Positions 28,813-37,781 of a stretch of DNA of 64,000 nucleotides are shown in pieces. Every line of letters begins with the position of its first letter. Position 1 is the stretch's first letter. A program made the position numbers and the translations under genes. The DNA comes from an uncultured Gemmatimonadota bacterium (GTDB taxonomy: Bacteria > JAAXHH01), in assembly GCA_951812955.1 (NCBI GenBank), contig OX638340.1, positions 3,749,437 to 3,813,436 of the forward strand, read 5' to 3'. The notes beneath the pieces were generated by a model, which did no database searches, had not been told where the DNA came from, and saw only the letters and a program-made list of their open reading frames with translations.

Positions 28813-28985
28813 TTTAATGCCTGCCTTTCAGCACACACAGAACAGATCCACTTGTTGTCAAGAATGATCAGACTTTCTACAGTCTTCTCTTTGTCCAATT
28901 CGTGGTTTGCAATTGATTTCAGGCTGCGGCAAGGCATACCTGAACAGCCGTGAAACGCCCATTGGCTAAAATCCGAAATAACCAC
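28803..28985 (-). CDS. Small (60 aa) four-cysteine zinc-ribbon-like protein, translationally coupled to the downstream HEPN-like gene
   Basis: CSGMPC ... CSVC ... C pattern; 10-bp overlap with the start of the 27955-28812 gene; lies in the low-GC islet. Confidence 0.3.
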   Translation of the reverse strand: MVISDFSQWAFHGCSGMPCRSLKSIANHELDKEKTVESLIILDNKWICSVCAERQALKCR

Positions 28986-29104
28986 GATTCAATAGCCTGG
29001 CCTTATGCCGCACAGAATAGATAGATCCGGATTAGACCCTGGAATCTGACAATGAGTTACTAGTCAGGGCGGGATTGGTGCTATCGAAACCGCTGCCGAT
29101 CATT

Positions 29105-29174
29105 CTTCATCACGGGTGTATTCGTGGACGTTAACAGGGACTTGATGGGATGGTCCGCAAGCACGTGGGCCTAG
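29105..29174 (+). repeat. Right copy of imperfect direct repeat (degenerate duplicate of SDR 3' coding end, FITGVFVDVNRDLMGWSASTWA*)
   Basis: Aligns to 27492-27556. Its TAG stop overlaps the sdhB stop on the opposite strand in a palindromic CTAG, as does the left copy. Confidence 0.7.
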
Positions 29175-29932
29175 GCCGGCTCGTCGCTGTCCTTCGACTT
29201 GAAGATGCGCAGGAGCCGGTTGAGGGGGTCGTAGAACTCGCCGACGACCCTTTCCTTCAGGGGAATGATGGCGTTGTCCGTGATCGTGATCTCTTCGGGA
29301 CAGACGTTGGTGCAGCACTTGGTGATGTTGCAGTAGCCGATGCCCTGGTCGTCCTTGAGGTCGCCGAGGCGGTCCCCGGTGTCGAGGGGATGCATCTCCA
29401 GGGCGGCGTTGTGCACCATGAGGCGCGGGCCGATGAACTCCTCGTGCAGGTCATGCTCCCGCAGGACGTGACAGACGTCCTGGCAAAGAAAGCACTCGAT
29501 GCACTTGCGGAACTCCTGCACCCGCTCGATATCTTCCTGGTCCATGCGCCAGGTACCGTCCTCGGCGTCTGGCTTGCGGGGCTTGAAGGGCTTGATCTTT
29601 TCCTTCGCGCGGTAATTCCAGGACACGTCGGTGACCAGGTCCCGTATCGTCTTGAAGGCCTTCATCGGCTCGATCGTGATGGCCTCGTCCTCGGGCAGGT
29701 CGCTCATCCGCGTCATGCACATCAGCTTCGGGTTGCCGTTGACCTCGGCGGAACAGGAGCCGCACTTGCCGGCCTTGCAATTCCAGCGGACCGCGAGGTC
29801 CGGGGCCGATTCCGCCTGGATCTGGTGCACCGCGTCCAGCACTACCATGCCTTCGTCGATCTCGGTGGAGTAGTTCTCGAAATCGCCGGTCTCACCATCG
29901 CCTCGCCAGATTCGGAAGTTGGCCGTCGCCAT
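29171..29932 (-). CDS. sdhB: Succinate dehydrogenase/fumarate reductase iron-sulfur subunit
   Basis: 2Fe-2S CxxxxCxxC (CKAGKCGSC), 4Fe-4S/3Fe-4S motifs (CIECFLCQDVC, CTNVCP). 253 aa. Confidence 0.9.
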   Translation of the reverse strand: MATANFRIWRGDGETGDFENYSTEIDEGMVVLDAVHQIQAESAPDLAVRWNCKAGKCGSCSAEVNGNPKLMCMTRMSDLPEDEAITIEPMKAFKTIRDLVTDVSWNYRAKEKIKPFKPRKPDAEDGTWRMDQEDIERVQEFRKCIECFLCQDVCHVLREHDLHEEFIGPRLMVHNAALEMHPLDTGDRLGDLKDDQGIGYCNITKCCTNVCPEEITITDNAIIPLKERVVGEFYDPLNRLLRIFKSKDSDEPA

Positions 29933-31746
29933 TATCTGTTCTCCTCGATGATCGCTGCCAGGTCCTCCCTGATGGACTGGACCGGAACGCGGTTGATCAC
30001 CATTTCACCGTCTTCATTCCTGTGCTGGGTAATGTTGATGCTTCCGAATTCCTCGTCCTTGTCCTCGTAGTCCTCGCGGAAGTGGGCGCCCCGGCTCTCC
30101 TTCCTTTCCAGCGCGGCGCGGGCCACCGCCTCCGACACGATCATCAGGAACTTGAGATCCAGCGCGGTGTGCCATCCGGGATTGTATTCCCGGTTTCCGA
30201 TGACAGAGACTTTCTGCGCCCGCTGCCTGAGTTCGTCGATCACTTCCAGCGCTTTCTGCATGTCCCCTTCGTTTCGAACGATGCCGACGAGCTCCTGCAT
30301 CCGGTCCTGCAGCTCGTACTGGATGTCGAAGGGATTCTCACCGCTGTTCTCCCGGTCGAAGGGCGCCAGGGTCTCGGCGACGGCCGCTTCGACCTGGCCT
30401 TCGTCGATGGTCCCGTTCTCGTTCTCGCGTGCGAACTCCGCCGCGTACCGGCCGGCGCGCTGTCCGAACACCAGCAGATCGGAAAGGGAGTTGCCACCCA
30501 GTCGATTGGCGCCGTGCAGGCCCGCGGCACATTCCCCGGCGGCGAAAAGACCGGGCACGGTAGACATCTGCGTGTCGGCGTCCACGAGCACTCCGCCCAT
30601 CACGTAATGGGTGGTGGGGCCTACTTCCATGGCCTCCTTCGTGATGTCGATGTCGGCCAGTTGCTTGAACTGGTGATACATGCTGGGCAGCTTGCGCTTG
30701 ATGTGTTCTTCGGCGTTCGGCAGTTTTTCCTTGATCCAGGCGATGTCGAGGTATACGCCGTCGTGGGGCGACCCGCGGCCTTCCCTGATTTCCCGGACGA
30801 TGCACCGCGCCACGTGATCACGCGTCAGCAGTTCCGGCGGACGACGGGCCTCCTTGTCTCCCTGGGTGTATATCCAGCCCTCTTCGGGACTGTCCGCAGT
30901 CTGGTTCTTGTACAGATCGGGGATGTCGTCGAACATGAACCGATTGCCTTCGCTGTTCGTCAGGGTGCCGCCCTCGCCGCGGACGCCTTCCGTGACCAGG
31001 ATGCCCCGCACGCTCGGTGGCCAGACCATGCCCGTCGGGTGGAACTGGACGAATTCCATGTCCAGCAGCTCGGCCCCGGCTTCGTAGGCCAGTCCGTGGC
31101 CGTCTCCCGTGTATTCCCAGCTGTTGCTCGTAATCTTGAAGGCCCGGCCGATGCCGCCCGTGGCCAGGATGACCGCCTTGGCGCGAAAGACCCGAAAACG
31201 TCCCCGCTCCCGGTCGTAGCCGAAGGCGCCGACGACCCGGTCTCCGTCCTTCAGCAGGGCCACGATGGCGTGTTCCATATACACTTCCATGCCCTGGTGG
31301 ATCCCGTAATCCTGCAGGGTCCGTATCATCTCCAGGCCGGTACGGTCGCCCACGTGGGCCAGCCGAGGATACTTGTGCCCCCCGAAGTTGCGCTGCAGTA
31401 TGCGGCCGTCGTCCGTCCGGTCGAACAGGGCGCCCCAGGCTTCCAGTTCCCGCACGCGGTCCGGCGCTTCCCTGGCGTGCAGCTCGGCCATGCGCCAGTT
31501 GCTCAGGTACTGGCCGCCCCGCATCGTGTCGGCGAAATGCACGCTCCAGCCGTCCCGGTCGTCCACGTTGGCCAGCGCCGCCGCGACCCCGCCTTCGGCC
31601 ATGACCGTATGGGCTTTGCCCAGTAGGGATTTGCACACCAGACCTACTGAAACTCCGGCCGACGAGGCCTCGATCGCCGCCCGGAGCCCTGCTCCGCCGG
31701 CTCCGATCACCAGTACGTCATGTTCATGATGCTGGTATTCCGCCAT
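29932..31746 (-). CDS. sdhA: Succinate dehydrogenase/fumarate reductase flavoprotein subunit
   Basis: DVLVIGAGGAGLRAA FAD motif, histidyl-FAD region, about 605 aa from MAEYQHHEHD. Start overlaps the sdhC stop. Confidence 0.9.
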   Translation of the reverse strand: MAEYQHHEHDVLVIGAGGAGLRAAIEASSAGVSVGLVCKSLLGKAHTVMAEGGVAAALANVDDRDGWSVHFADTMRGGQYLSNWRMAELHAREAPDRVRELEAWGALFDRTDDGRILQRNFGGHKYPRLAHVGDRTGLEMIRTLQDYGIHQGMEVYMEHAIVALLKDGDRVVGAFGYDRERGRFRVFRAKAVILATGGIGRAFKITSNSWEYTGDGHGLAYEAGAELLDMEFVQFHPTGMVWPPSVRGILVTEGVRGEGGTLTNSEGNRFMFDDIPDLYKNQTADSPEEGWIYTQGDKEARRPPELLTRDHVARCIVREIREGRGSPHDGVYLDIAWIKEKLPNAEEHIKRKLPSMYHQFKQLADIDITKEAMEVGPTTHYVMGGVLVDADTQMSTVPGLFAAGECAAGLHGANRLGGNSLSDLLVFGQRAGRYAAEFARENENGTIDEGQVEAAVAETLAPFDRENSGENPFDIQYELQDRMQELVGIVRNEGDMQKALEVIDELRQRAQKVSVIGNREYNPGWHTALDLKFLMIVSEAVARAALERKESRGAHFREDYEDKDEEFGSINITQHRNEDGEMVINRVPVQSIREDLAAIIEENR

Positions 31747-32549
31747 TAAAGGATTCTCCAATCCGTCCACACGCCCATGGCCACGAGGCGCACGTATATA
31801 TCCGAGAAACCGACCCATACCAGGCTCATCCAGGCCCAGGTCATGTGTCCCCGGTTCAAGCACGAGACGCAGTTGTAACCCGCGTGCCGGACGGGCGCTT
31901 TGGACAGATGATCCAGGTACCCGCCGATCAGGTGCCGCAGTGAGTGGCAGCCGAACTGGTAGCCGCCGAGCAGGACGACGTTCAAGGTCAACACAATGGT
32001 TCCGACGCCGATACCGAACGTAGTCTCACCCGTCGCCGCGTCCGTGAACCACATGGCCTTCCATGCGTCCTGGACCAGGAAGATCCAGATGATGAATACC
32101 AGGTAAAGGAAGTATCGGTGAATGTTCTGCATGATCAACGGGAAGGATTGCTCCCCGCGGTACTTTTTCCTCGGTTCGGAAACGCTGCAGGATGGCGGGT
32201 CAGCCCAGAAAGCCTTGTAGTAAGCGCCCCGGTAGTAATAGCAGGTAATCCGGAATCCGGCCGGAGCCCAAAGGATTATGAAGGCAGGTGAAAACGGCAG
32301 CAGGGCCGGCCACCATACGGGTTTGGGACCGAACAGGGCATGGGACGAACTGCCGAAAATCTCTGGAGAATAAAAGGGCGACAGGTAGGGGCCCCAGGCG
32401 TAGAACTCACCCTGGAAGGCCGCCCAGGTTGAGTAGACGACAAAGGCGGAGAATACGCCGAATGTCAGTAATTGCTGCGCCCACCATGCGTCTCTGCGTT
32501 GCGTCTGACCAAAACCGCTCGTCTTCAGCGAAACACCGGTTGTCGACAT
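31746..32549 (-). CDS. sdhC: Succinate dehydrogenase cytochrome b558 membrane anchor subunit (single-subunit, 5-TM type)
   Basis: 267-aa polytopic protein with conserved His ligands, immediately upstream of sdhA. Bacillus/Bacteroidetes-type b558. Confidence 0.75.
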   Translation of the reverse strand: MSTTGVSLKTSGFGQTQRRDAWWAQQLLTFGVFSAFVVYSTWAAFQGEFYAWGPYLSPFYSPEIFGSSSHALFGPKPVWWPALLPFSPAFIILWAPAGFRITCYYYRGAYYKAFWADPPSCSVSEPRKKYRGEQSFPLIMQNIHRYFLYLVFIIWIFLVQDAWKAMWFTDAATGETTFGIGVGTIVLTLNVVLLGGYQFGCHSLRHLIGGYLDHLSKAPVRHAGYNCVSCLNRGHMTWAWMSLVWVGFSDIYVRLVAMGVWTDWRIL

Positions 32550-32816
32550 AGGCTATCCTCTTGAATCCAGCGTACCGAACAACTGAATTTCACGGACAAA
32601 ACACATTAGCGCAAAATAGACCGGCGAAGGCCGCAATGCAATAGAAAAATAACCTCGCTTTTGCCATGGTTTCGGCATGCTGCCGTCCGCAACAACTGGG
32701 ATAAAACAATGGCCGGATCAGCCTGTCGGGCAGTATATTCAAACCCTGTTTCGTTACGCGACGCCGGAACGCCCGGTTCAGTCATGCCGGGCAGACAAGG
32801 AAGCCGATCCCACCCG

Positions 32817-34775
32817 ATGCCAGCCGACTCGTCACAGGACGCACGCTCCCCGCGCAGCCCGACCGGCATCACCCCCCGCGTACTGATCCTGGGGGGCGTT
32901 CTGGCCGTATTCATCGCGATCTGGACGCCCCACACCAATTACGTGATGCATGGCCCGAGGCTCACCCTGAGCCATATCTCTATCGCGGCCCTGGTTTCCT
33001 TTCTCATGGTGATCTTCTGTATGCAGATCCCCCTTCGCAGGTGGCGGCCCGCGCAGGCGTTCTCCGCGAGCGAACTGGCCGTGCTGTTCGTCTTCTGTCT
33101 CGTTTCGTCGACAATTCCGGGCAAGGCTTTCGTGGACTACTTTATCGGAATCCTCGCCTCCCCTTACTATTACGTTACGCCGGAGAACCGGTGGGCGGAT
33201 ACCTTCTTTCCCCACCTGCCCGGATGGCTGGTCGTCCGGGACGACCTGGGGGCCGCGACGGCGTTCTACGAAGGCGCCGGCCAGAGCATCATCCTGTGGG
33301 TCGAATGGATCGTTCCCCTGTTCTGGTGGATGTGCATGCTGGCGGCGCTGTTCGTGGTCATGGCCTGCATTTCGGTGATCTTCCGCAAGCAGTGGGTCGA
33401 GCACGAGCGGTTGTCTTTTCCCGCGGTCCAGATACCCTCGATGCTCATCAGGGAGACGACCCGGGGCGGACTGATTCCGGGATTAGTGACGAACCGGTAC
33501 TTCCAGGTGGGATTCGGGGTCACCTTCGCCCTGCTGGCGTGGAACTGCCTCGCCTATTTCGGCACATTCCCCGCCATTCCCGTCGGCGCCGCTTTTAGGA
33601 CGGAGATTCAACTGGCGCCTTCCGTTCCACCGACCCAGGTGCAGTTCAACCTCTTTATGATGTGCTTCGCCTATTTCGCCGACTTGAAGGTGTTGTTCAG
33701 CATCTGGTTTTTTCACCTGCTCGCCCTGCTGGAGATCAGTCTGCTCAACCAGTTGGGCGTATCGGCGTCCGGCGTGGCGGGTGGCTCGCAGTTCATCGTG
33801 AAGACGGAGCACTTCGGCGGGTTCTGGGTATTCGTACTGTGGGGCATATGGATCGGCAGAAACCACCTGAAGGCGGTCTGGCGCAAGGCCCTGGGAAGCG
33901 CACCGGAGGTCGACGACTCCATGGAACTGCTGTCCTATCGCACGGCTGTGGGGGGACTGGCCGCCGGCCTGTGCTACCTGCTGTTCTGGCTTAACAGCAT
34001 GGGTATGTCGGTCGATGTGGCCGTCCTCTTCCTCCTGATCACGCTCGCGCTTTATGTGGGCGTCACCCGCATCGTCGCAGAGACGGGGCTCGTTTTCCTC
34101 GATCTACCGGTCAACTCGAACGAAATGACGGTGGCCGTCATCGGTTCGAGCAACCTGTCGCCTTCGAACCTCACATCCCTCGGACTGACCCACGCCATCT
34201 CCCACAACCACCGGGGCATCGGCCTGTCTTCGCTGATTCACGGCGTGAAGGCCTCCGAAGGCTTCGCCCGGTCGAGAAAAGGACTGTTCGCCGCGGTGTG
34301 CGTATTGCTTGCGCTCACGTTCATCGTCACGAACGGCTACACGATATACGCCGGGGCGACCGGTACCGGGGCCCATGATTTCGCCCCGCTTCGGGCCGAT
34401 AACTTCTACGACCAGCTGGCCACCTGGTTCAACAATCCCTACACCCTGTCCTACGAGGAAATCTATTTCCTGCTCCTGGGTGCTGTCATTACCTGCGGTC
34501 TCCTGTTCATGCAGTACCATTTCGCCGGGTGGCCCTTCCATCCCATCGGATACATCGTGGCCTACGCCGACATCATCAACTTCGAAATCACGTCGATCTT
34601 CATGATCTGGCTGATCAAGGTGCTGCTGCTGAGGCTGGGCGGGTTCGACATGTACCGGAGGATGCAGCCTGCCGTGATCGGCGTGCTGCTGGGCTACGCG
34701 GCGGGGGTGACCCTGTCTCTTGCCGTCGATGTCATCTGGTTCCCCGGCCAGGGGCACAACGTGCACAACTGGTAG
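32817..34775 (+). CDS. Large polytopic membrane protein of unknown function (paralog A, about 650 aa)
   Basis: More than 12 predicted transmembrane segments. Shares motifs (YYVTPENRWADTFF, VIPLFWWM, IFRKQWVEHERL) along full length with the convergent neighbour. Internal Met start chosen after a non-hydrophobic leader. Confidence 0.55.
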   Translation: MPADSSQDARSPRSPTGITPRVLILGGVLAVFIAIWTPHTNYVMHGPRLTLSHISIAALVSFLMVIFCMQIPLRRWRPAQAFSASELAVLFVFCLVSSTIPGKAFVDYFIGILASPYYYVTPENRWADTFFPHLPGWLVVRDDLGAATAFYEGAGQSIILWVEWIVPLFWWMCMLAALFVVMACISVIFRKQWVEHERLSFPAVQIPSMLIRETTRGGLIPGLVTNRYFQVGFGVTFALLAWNCLAYFGTFPAIPVGAAFRTEIQLAPSVPPTQVQFNLFMMCFAYFADLKVLFSIWFFHLLALLEISLLNQLGVSASGVAGGSQFIVKTEHFGGFWVFVLWGIWIGRNHLKAVWRKALGSAPEVDDSMELLSYRTAVGGLAAGLCYLLFWLNSMGMSVDVAVLFLLITLALYVGVTRIVAETGLVFLDLPVNSNEMTVAVIGSSNLSPSNLTSLGLTHAISHNHRGIGLSSLIHGVKASEGFARSRKGLFAAVCVLLALTFIVTNGYTIYAGATGTGAHDFAPLRADNFYDQLATWFNNPYTLSYEEIYFLLLGAVITCGLLFMQYHFAGWPFHPIGYIVAYADIINFEITSIFMIWLIKVLLLRLGGFDMYRRMQPAVIGVLLGYAAGVTLSLAVDVIWFPGQGHNVHNW

Positions 34776-34786
34776 CTTGACCGGAT

Positions 34787-34801
34787 GCCGGCGCCCGCCG
34801 G
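34787..34801. terminator. Short GC hairpin (ccggcg-ccc-gccgg) between convergent membrane-protein genes; possible bidirectional terminator
   Basis: 5-6 bp GC stem with 3-4 nt loop in the 36-bp gap. No U-tract. Confidence 0.25.
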
Positions 34802-34811
34802 AATATCCCGG

Positions 34812-36743
34812 CTAGAATATCTCGGCGATATGGGGGGTGTCGGGGAAATACACTGTATCGACGACGTAGGCGGCCAGGACCCCGACCGCATAACCCACGA
34901 GAATCCCCAGGAACAGAGGCTGGGCCTTCCGGTACAACCCGACGCCGCCAACACGGAGGAGGATGACCTGCACGATCCATGCGACGAAGAGGGTGAAGAC
35001 GACCCCCCGGATGGGTCCCGAAGCGCCAATGGCGAATCCGATGGGATTGAGCGGCCACCAGTAGAAGAGGTACCTGCCCAGGGCCAGCAGCGTGCTGATG
35101 GCCATACCCGCCGCGAGGAACAGGATTTCGAGGGTGGAGATCTGCGTGGCGTTCTTCATCCACTTCACCACCAGGTCGAAGAAAAGGTTCCCGGTGTTGC
35201 GCAGGTTGATGTGGAGGTTGTCCGCCCCTTCCGCGTAACCGGAGTAGACGACGTATCCCGTCGAGATCGCCGTCCCGGCAACAAAAGCGAGGCATATCAG
35301 CAGGAATAGCCGTCCCCGGTTCTCCCCGAGATAGTCGCGCCACCAGGCGACGTGGGAAAGACCGACCATGGTGAAGGTGCGCCAGTTACGCGCGAAGGCG
35401 TTGGTCAGTCCCAGACCGGTCAGCGTCGACCCCGAAAGGCTGGCCGAACCCACCATTCCTACCGTGAAGGCGTGGGCGTTGATGGGCAGGTCGAGGTTGA
35501 TTAGGCCCGCCTCGGCGAGGACGCGGGCAATGCCGAAATAGAATACCAGGAGGAAGAAAAGAAAGAGCATGGCGACGGGGATGGAGAATCCGATGGCGCT
35601 GAGCCAGGCGGTCATGAAGAGCACGCCCAGGACCAGGCCGACGACCGCCGTTCGGTAGGAGAACAGTTCATCTTCGTCCCGCAGGTCGCTCTCCCTTCCG
35701 AGGGATTTACGCAGGACGTTGCGGATGTGTTTCCGGGCCATCCAGCCGCCGATCAGGGCGAACATGATCAGTCCGCCGCAGAACTGGATGGACACGAGTC
35801 CGCGGGGTACGATCGTCTCGGCGGGCGAGACCACTCCGAAGCGGTTGAGCAGGCCTGTTTCCAGGATGCCGAGCACCTGGAAGAACCAGACACTGAAGAG
35901 GATCTCGACGTTGACGAAGAAGGCAAAGCACAGGACGTAAGGCACGAGCCGAATGGCGACAGGCGGGAAGGAGGGATCGATGACCACGTTGAAGACCGGT
36001 CCGGGCAGGGGGATGTGGGGCAGTACGCCCCAGAATCCGATGATGTTCCAGGACATGATGGCCAGGCTGGCCGCGAAACCGACCTGGAAAAGCCGGTTAC
36101 CGAAGAGGGACGGCCATCTCCCGGGCGTGTTCCCGTCGGTTTCGACCAGGCGCAGGATGACCTCGCCCATGGGGAAACGGAGCCGCTCGTGTTCCACCCA
36201 CTGTTTCCGGAAGATCACGACCAGGCAGGCGCCGATGAAGAGCAGCGTGCCCAGGGCCGACATCCACCAGAAGAGCGGTATGACCCAGTCCTGCCACGGG
36301 ATCGGCAATCCGGCAGGCCGCCCCTCGAAGAAATCCGAGACTTGCCCCTTGTCATTGGGGATGACCGCCCATTCAGGCAAGTACGCGAAAAAGTGGGCCT
36401 CCCACTGGTTTTCCGGACTCGCGAAGTAATGGGGCGCGGTGATTACGCTGATGAGATAGCGGACCATGCCCCAGTCCGGCACCATGGCCGCGATCAGTCC
36501 CATGGCGAAAATGACCAGGAGTTCCGGCCTTGTCAGCGCGGCGTCCCGGTATATTAAGCGGATCAGTGTGTTCGGCAGCAGGACCAGGAAAAGGAAGGGA
36601 ATGACCAGACTAAGCGGCATCTGGGGGAAGGTCAGATAGTTGTAGTTCAGCTGTGCGGAGGCGTGTTGTCCCCAGAAAGCGACGCAGCACGCGAAAGCCA
36701 GGCCCAGGACGGCCGTTTTGAGGGATATGGGTTTCACGGTCAT
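34812..36743 (-). CDS. Large polytopic membrane protein of unknown function (paralog B, about 640 aa)
   Basis: Collinear homology with 32817-34775 (HYFASPENQWEAHFF, VIPLFWWM, IFRKQWVEHERL). Start at internal Met MTVKPISLKTAVLGLAFA (signal-anchor). Confidence 0.55.
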   Translation of the reverse strand: MTVKPISLKTAVLGLAFACCVAFWGQHASAQLNYNYLTFPQMPLSLVIPFLFLVLLPNTLIRLIYRDAALTRPELLVIFAMGLIAAMVPDWGMVRYLISVITAPHYFASPENQWEAHFFAYLPEWAVIPNDKGQVSDFFEGRPAGLPIPWQDWVIPLFWWMSALGTLLFIGACLVVIFRKQWVEHERLRFPMGEVILRLVETDGNTPGRWPSLFGNRLFQVGFAASLAIMSWNIIGFWGVLPHIPLPGPVFNVVIDPSFPPVAIRLVPYVLCFAFFVNVEILFSVWFFQVLGILETGLLNRFGVVSPAETIVPRGLVSIQFCGGLIMFALIGGWMARKHIRNVLRKSLGRESDLRDEDELFSYRTAVVGLVLGVLFMTAWLSAIGFSIPVAMLFLFFLLVFYFGIARVLAEAGLINLDLPINAHAFTVGMVGSASLSGSTLTGLGLTNAFARNWRTFTMVGLSHVAWWRDYLGENRGRLFLLICLAFVAGTAISTGYVVYSGYAEGADNLHINLRNTGNLFFDLVVKWMKNATQISTLEILFLAAGMAISTLLALGRYLFYWWPLNPIGFAIGASGPIRGVVFTLFVAWIVQVILLRVGGVGLYRKAQPLFLGILVGYAVGVLAAYVVDTVYFPDTPHIAEIF

Positions 36744-36771
36744 GCCTGGTCTAGTCCGGCCGCGCAGGAAG

Positions 36772-37551
36772 TCATTCCTGGATGGAGGCTGTGCCGCGCT
36801 TGAGCCAGAAGCCCCCGTCGACACGCAGGACTTCCCCGGTGATGTAGTCCGCCGCGTCGGAACACAGAAAGGTGGCCGCCTTGCCCAGGTCTTCGATCGT
36901 GCCCATCCGGCCCCAGGGCAGCCGCCTGCCGCCTTCCTCCAGTTCCTGCTCCGTCGAGTACTGTCGTTCGCCCGGCGTGTCGGTCCATCCCGGTTCGATC
37001 ACATTCACGCGGATGCGGTGCTCCAGCAGTTCCAGGGCGATGATGGCGGCCATGTGGTTCATGCCGGCCTTAGCGGACGAATAGGACAGGGAGGTGGGGA
37101 AGGGGAGGAAGGACATGACCGAGCTGATGAAGAGGATACTGCCGCCTTTTTTCGCGTCCACCATCTTCCGGGCGCCCGACTGCGCGACATGGAAGGCGCC
37201 GAAGAGGCTGACTTCGTAAGTTTTCTTCATTTCGTCCACGTCCATTGCGAGAAAAGGCTCCCGCGTGGAATAGTAGGCGTTGGCCACCACGATATCGGGT
37301 CCGCCGAGTTCCTTCGCCGTCTGATCCACCATGTCGTCCACGGCGGACCGGTCGGAGGCGTCCGCGCCGACGAGGATCGCCCGACGGCCCATGGACCTGA
37401 TTTCCTCGGCGACGGCCTCGCCGTCGTCCCGGTGGCTGAAGTAGTTGACGGTGACGTCCGCCCCGGCCCGGGCCATCTCCAGTGCGATGCCCTTGCCGAT
37501 GCCCCGGGACGAACCACTGATCAGCGCTGTCTTGCCCGTCAGGTCGATCAT
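36772..37551 (-). CDS. Short-chain dehydrogenase/reductase (SDR)
   Basis: From MIDLTGKTALISGSSRGIGKG; YSSAK catalytic motif. Track ORF has a 63-aa N-terminal extension into the repeat region, trimmed. Confidence 0.8.
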   Translation of the reverse strand: MIDLTGKTALISGSSRGIGKGIALEMARAGADVTVNYFSHRDDGEAVAEEIRSMGRRAILVGADASDRSAVDDMVDQTAKELGGPDIVVANAYYSTREPFLAMDVDEMKKTYEVSLFGAFHVAQSGARKMVDAKKGGSILFISSVMSFLPFPTSLSYSSAKAGMNHMAAIIALELLEHRIRVNVIEPGWTDTPGERQYSTEQELEEGGRRLPWGRMGTIEDLGKAATFLCSDAADYITGEVLRVDGGFWLKRGTASIQE

Positions 37552-37589
37552 GGTTCCCTCGATTCGAAATACATGGTGAACGGTACGAA

Positions 37590-37770
37590 TGTCCCGAGCG
37601 GCCGCACGATCGGGAGTGCCCGTACGACCGGGAGTGCCCGTACGACTAGGAGTACCCGCGAGATCGAGATCGGCCGCACGATCGGGAGCTGTTGAACGAT
37701 ACAGGCGTGCCCGCGCGATCAAGCGCGACAGCGCGATCAAGCGTGACAGCGCGATCGGGATCGACTACGC
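37590..37770. repeat. Composite degenerate tandem repeats (gggagtgcccgtacgac x3; agcgcgatcaagcgYgac x2-3) in the intergenic region
   Basis: Read directly between the SDR start and the isomerase stop. Confidence 0.6.
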
Positions 37771-37781
37771 CGGGAGCGGTT

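Larger units (their letters stand above)
27557..29104. mobile_element. Putative integrated low-GC genomic islet (~1.55 kb) inserted at the 3' end of the SDR gene; no integrase present
   Basis: Abrupt GC drop (to about 45-50% versus about 65% flanks), AT-rich codons, flanking imperfect direct repeats duplicating 22 codons of the target gene 3' end. Confidence 0.6.

Noticed and set aside
30022-31626. 534-aa plus-strand ORF inside sdhA (and the 30818..31636 minus ORF)
   Set aside because: Alternative frames of the flavoprotein gene; Arg/Gly/Pro-rich low-complexity.
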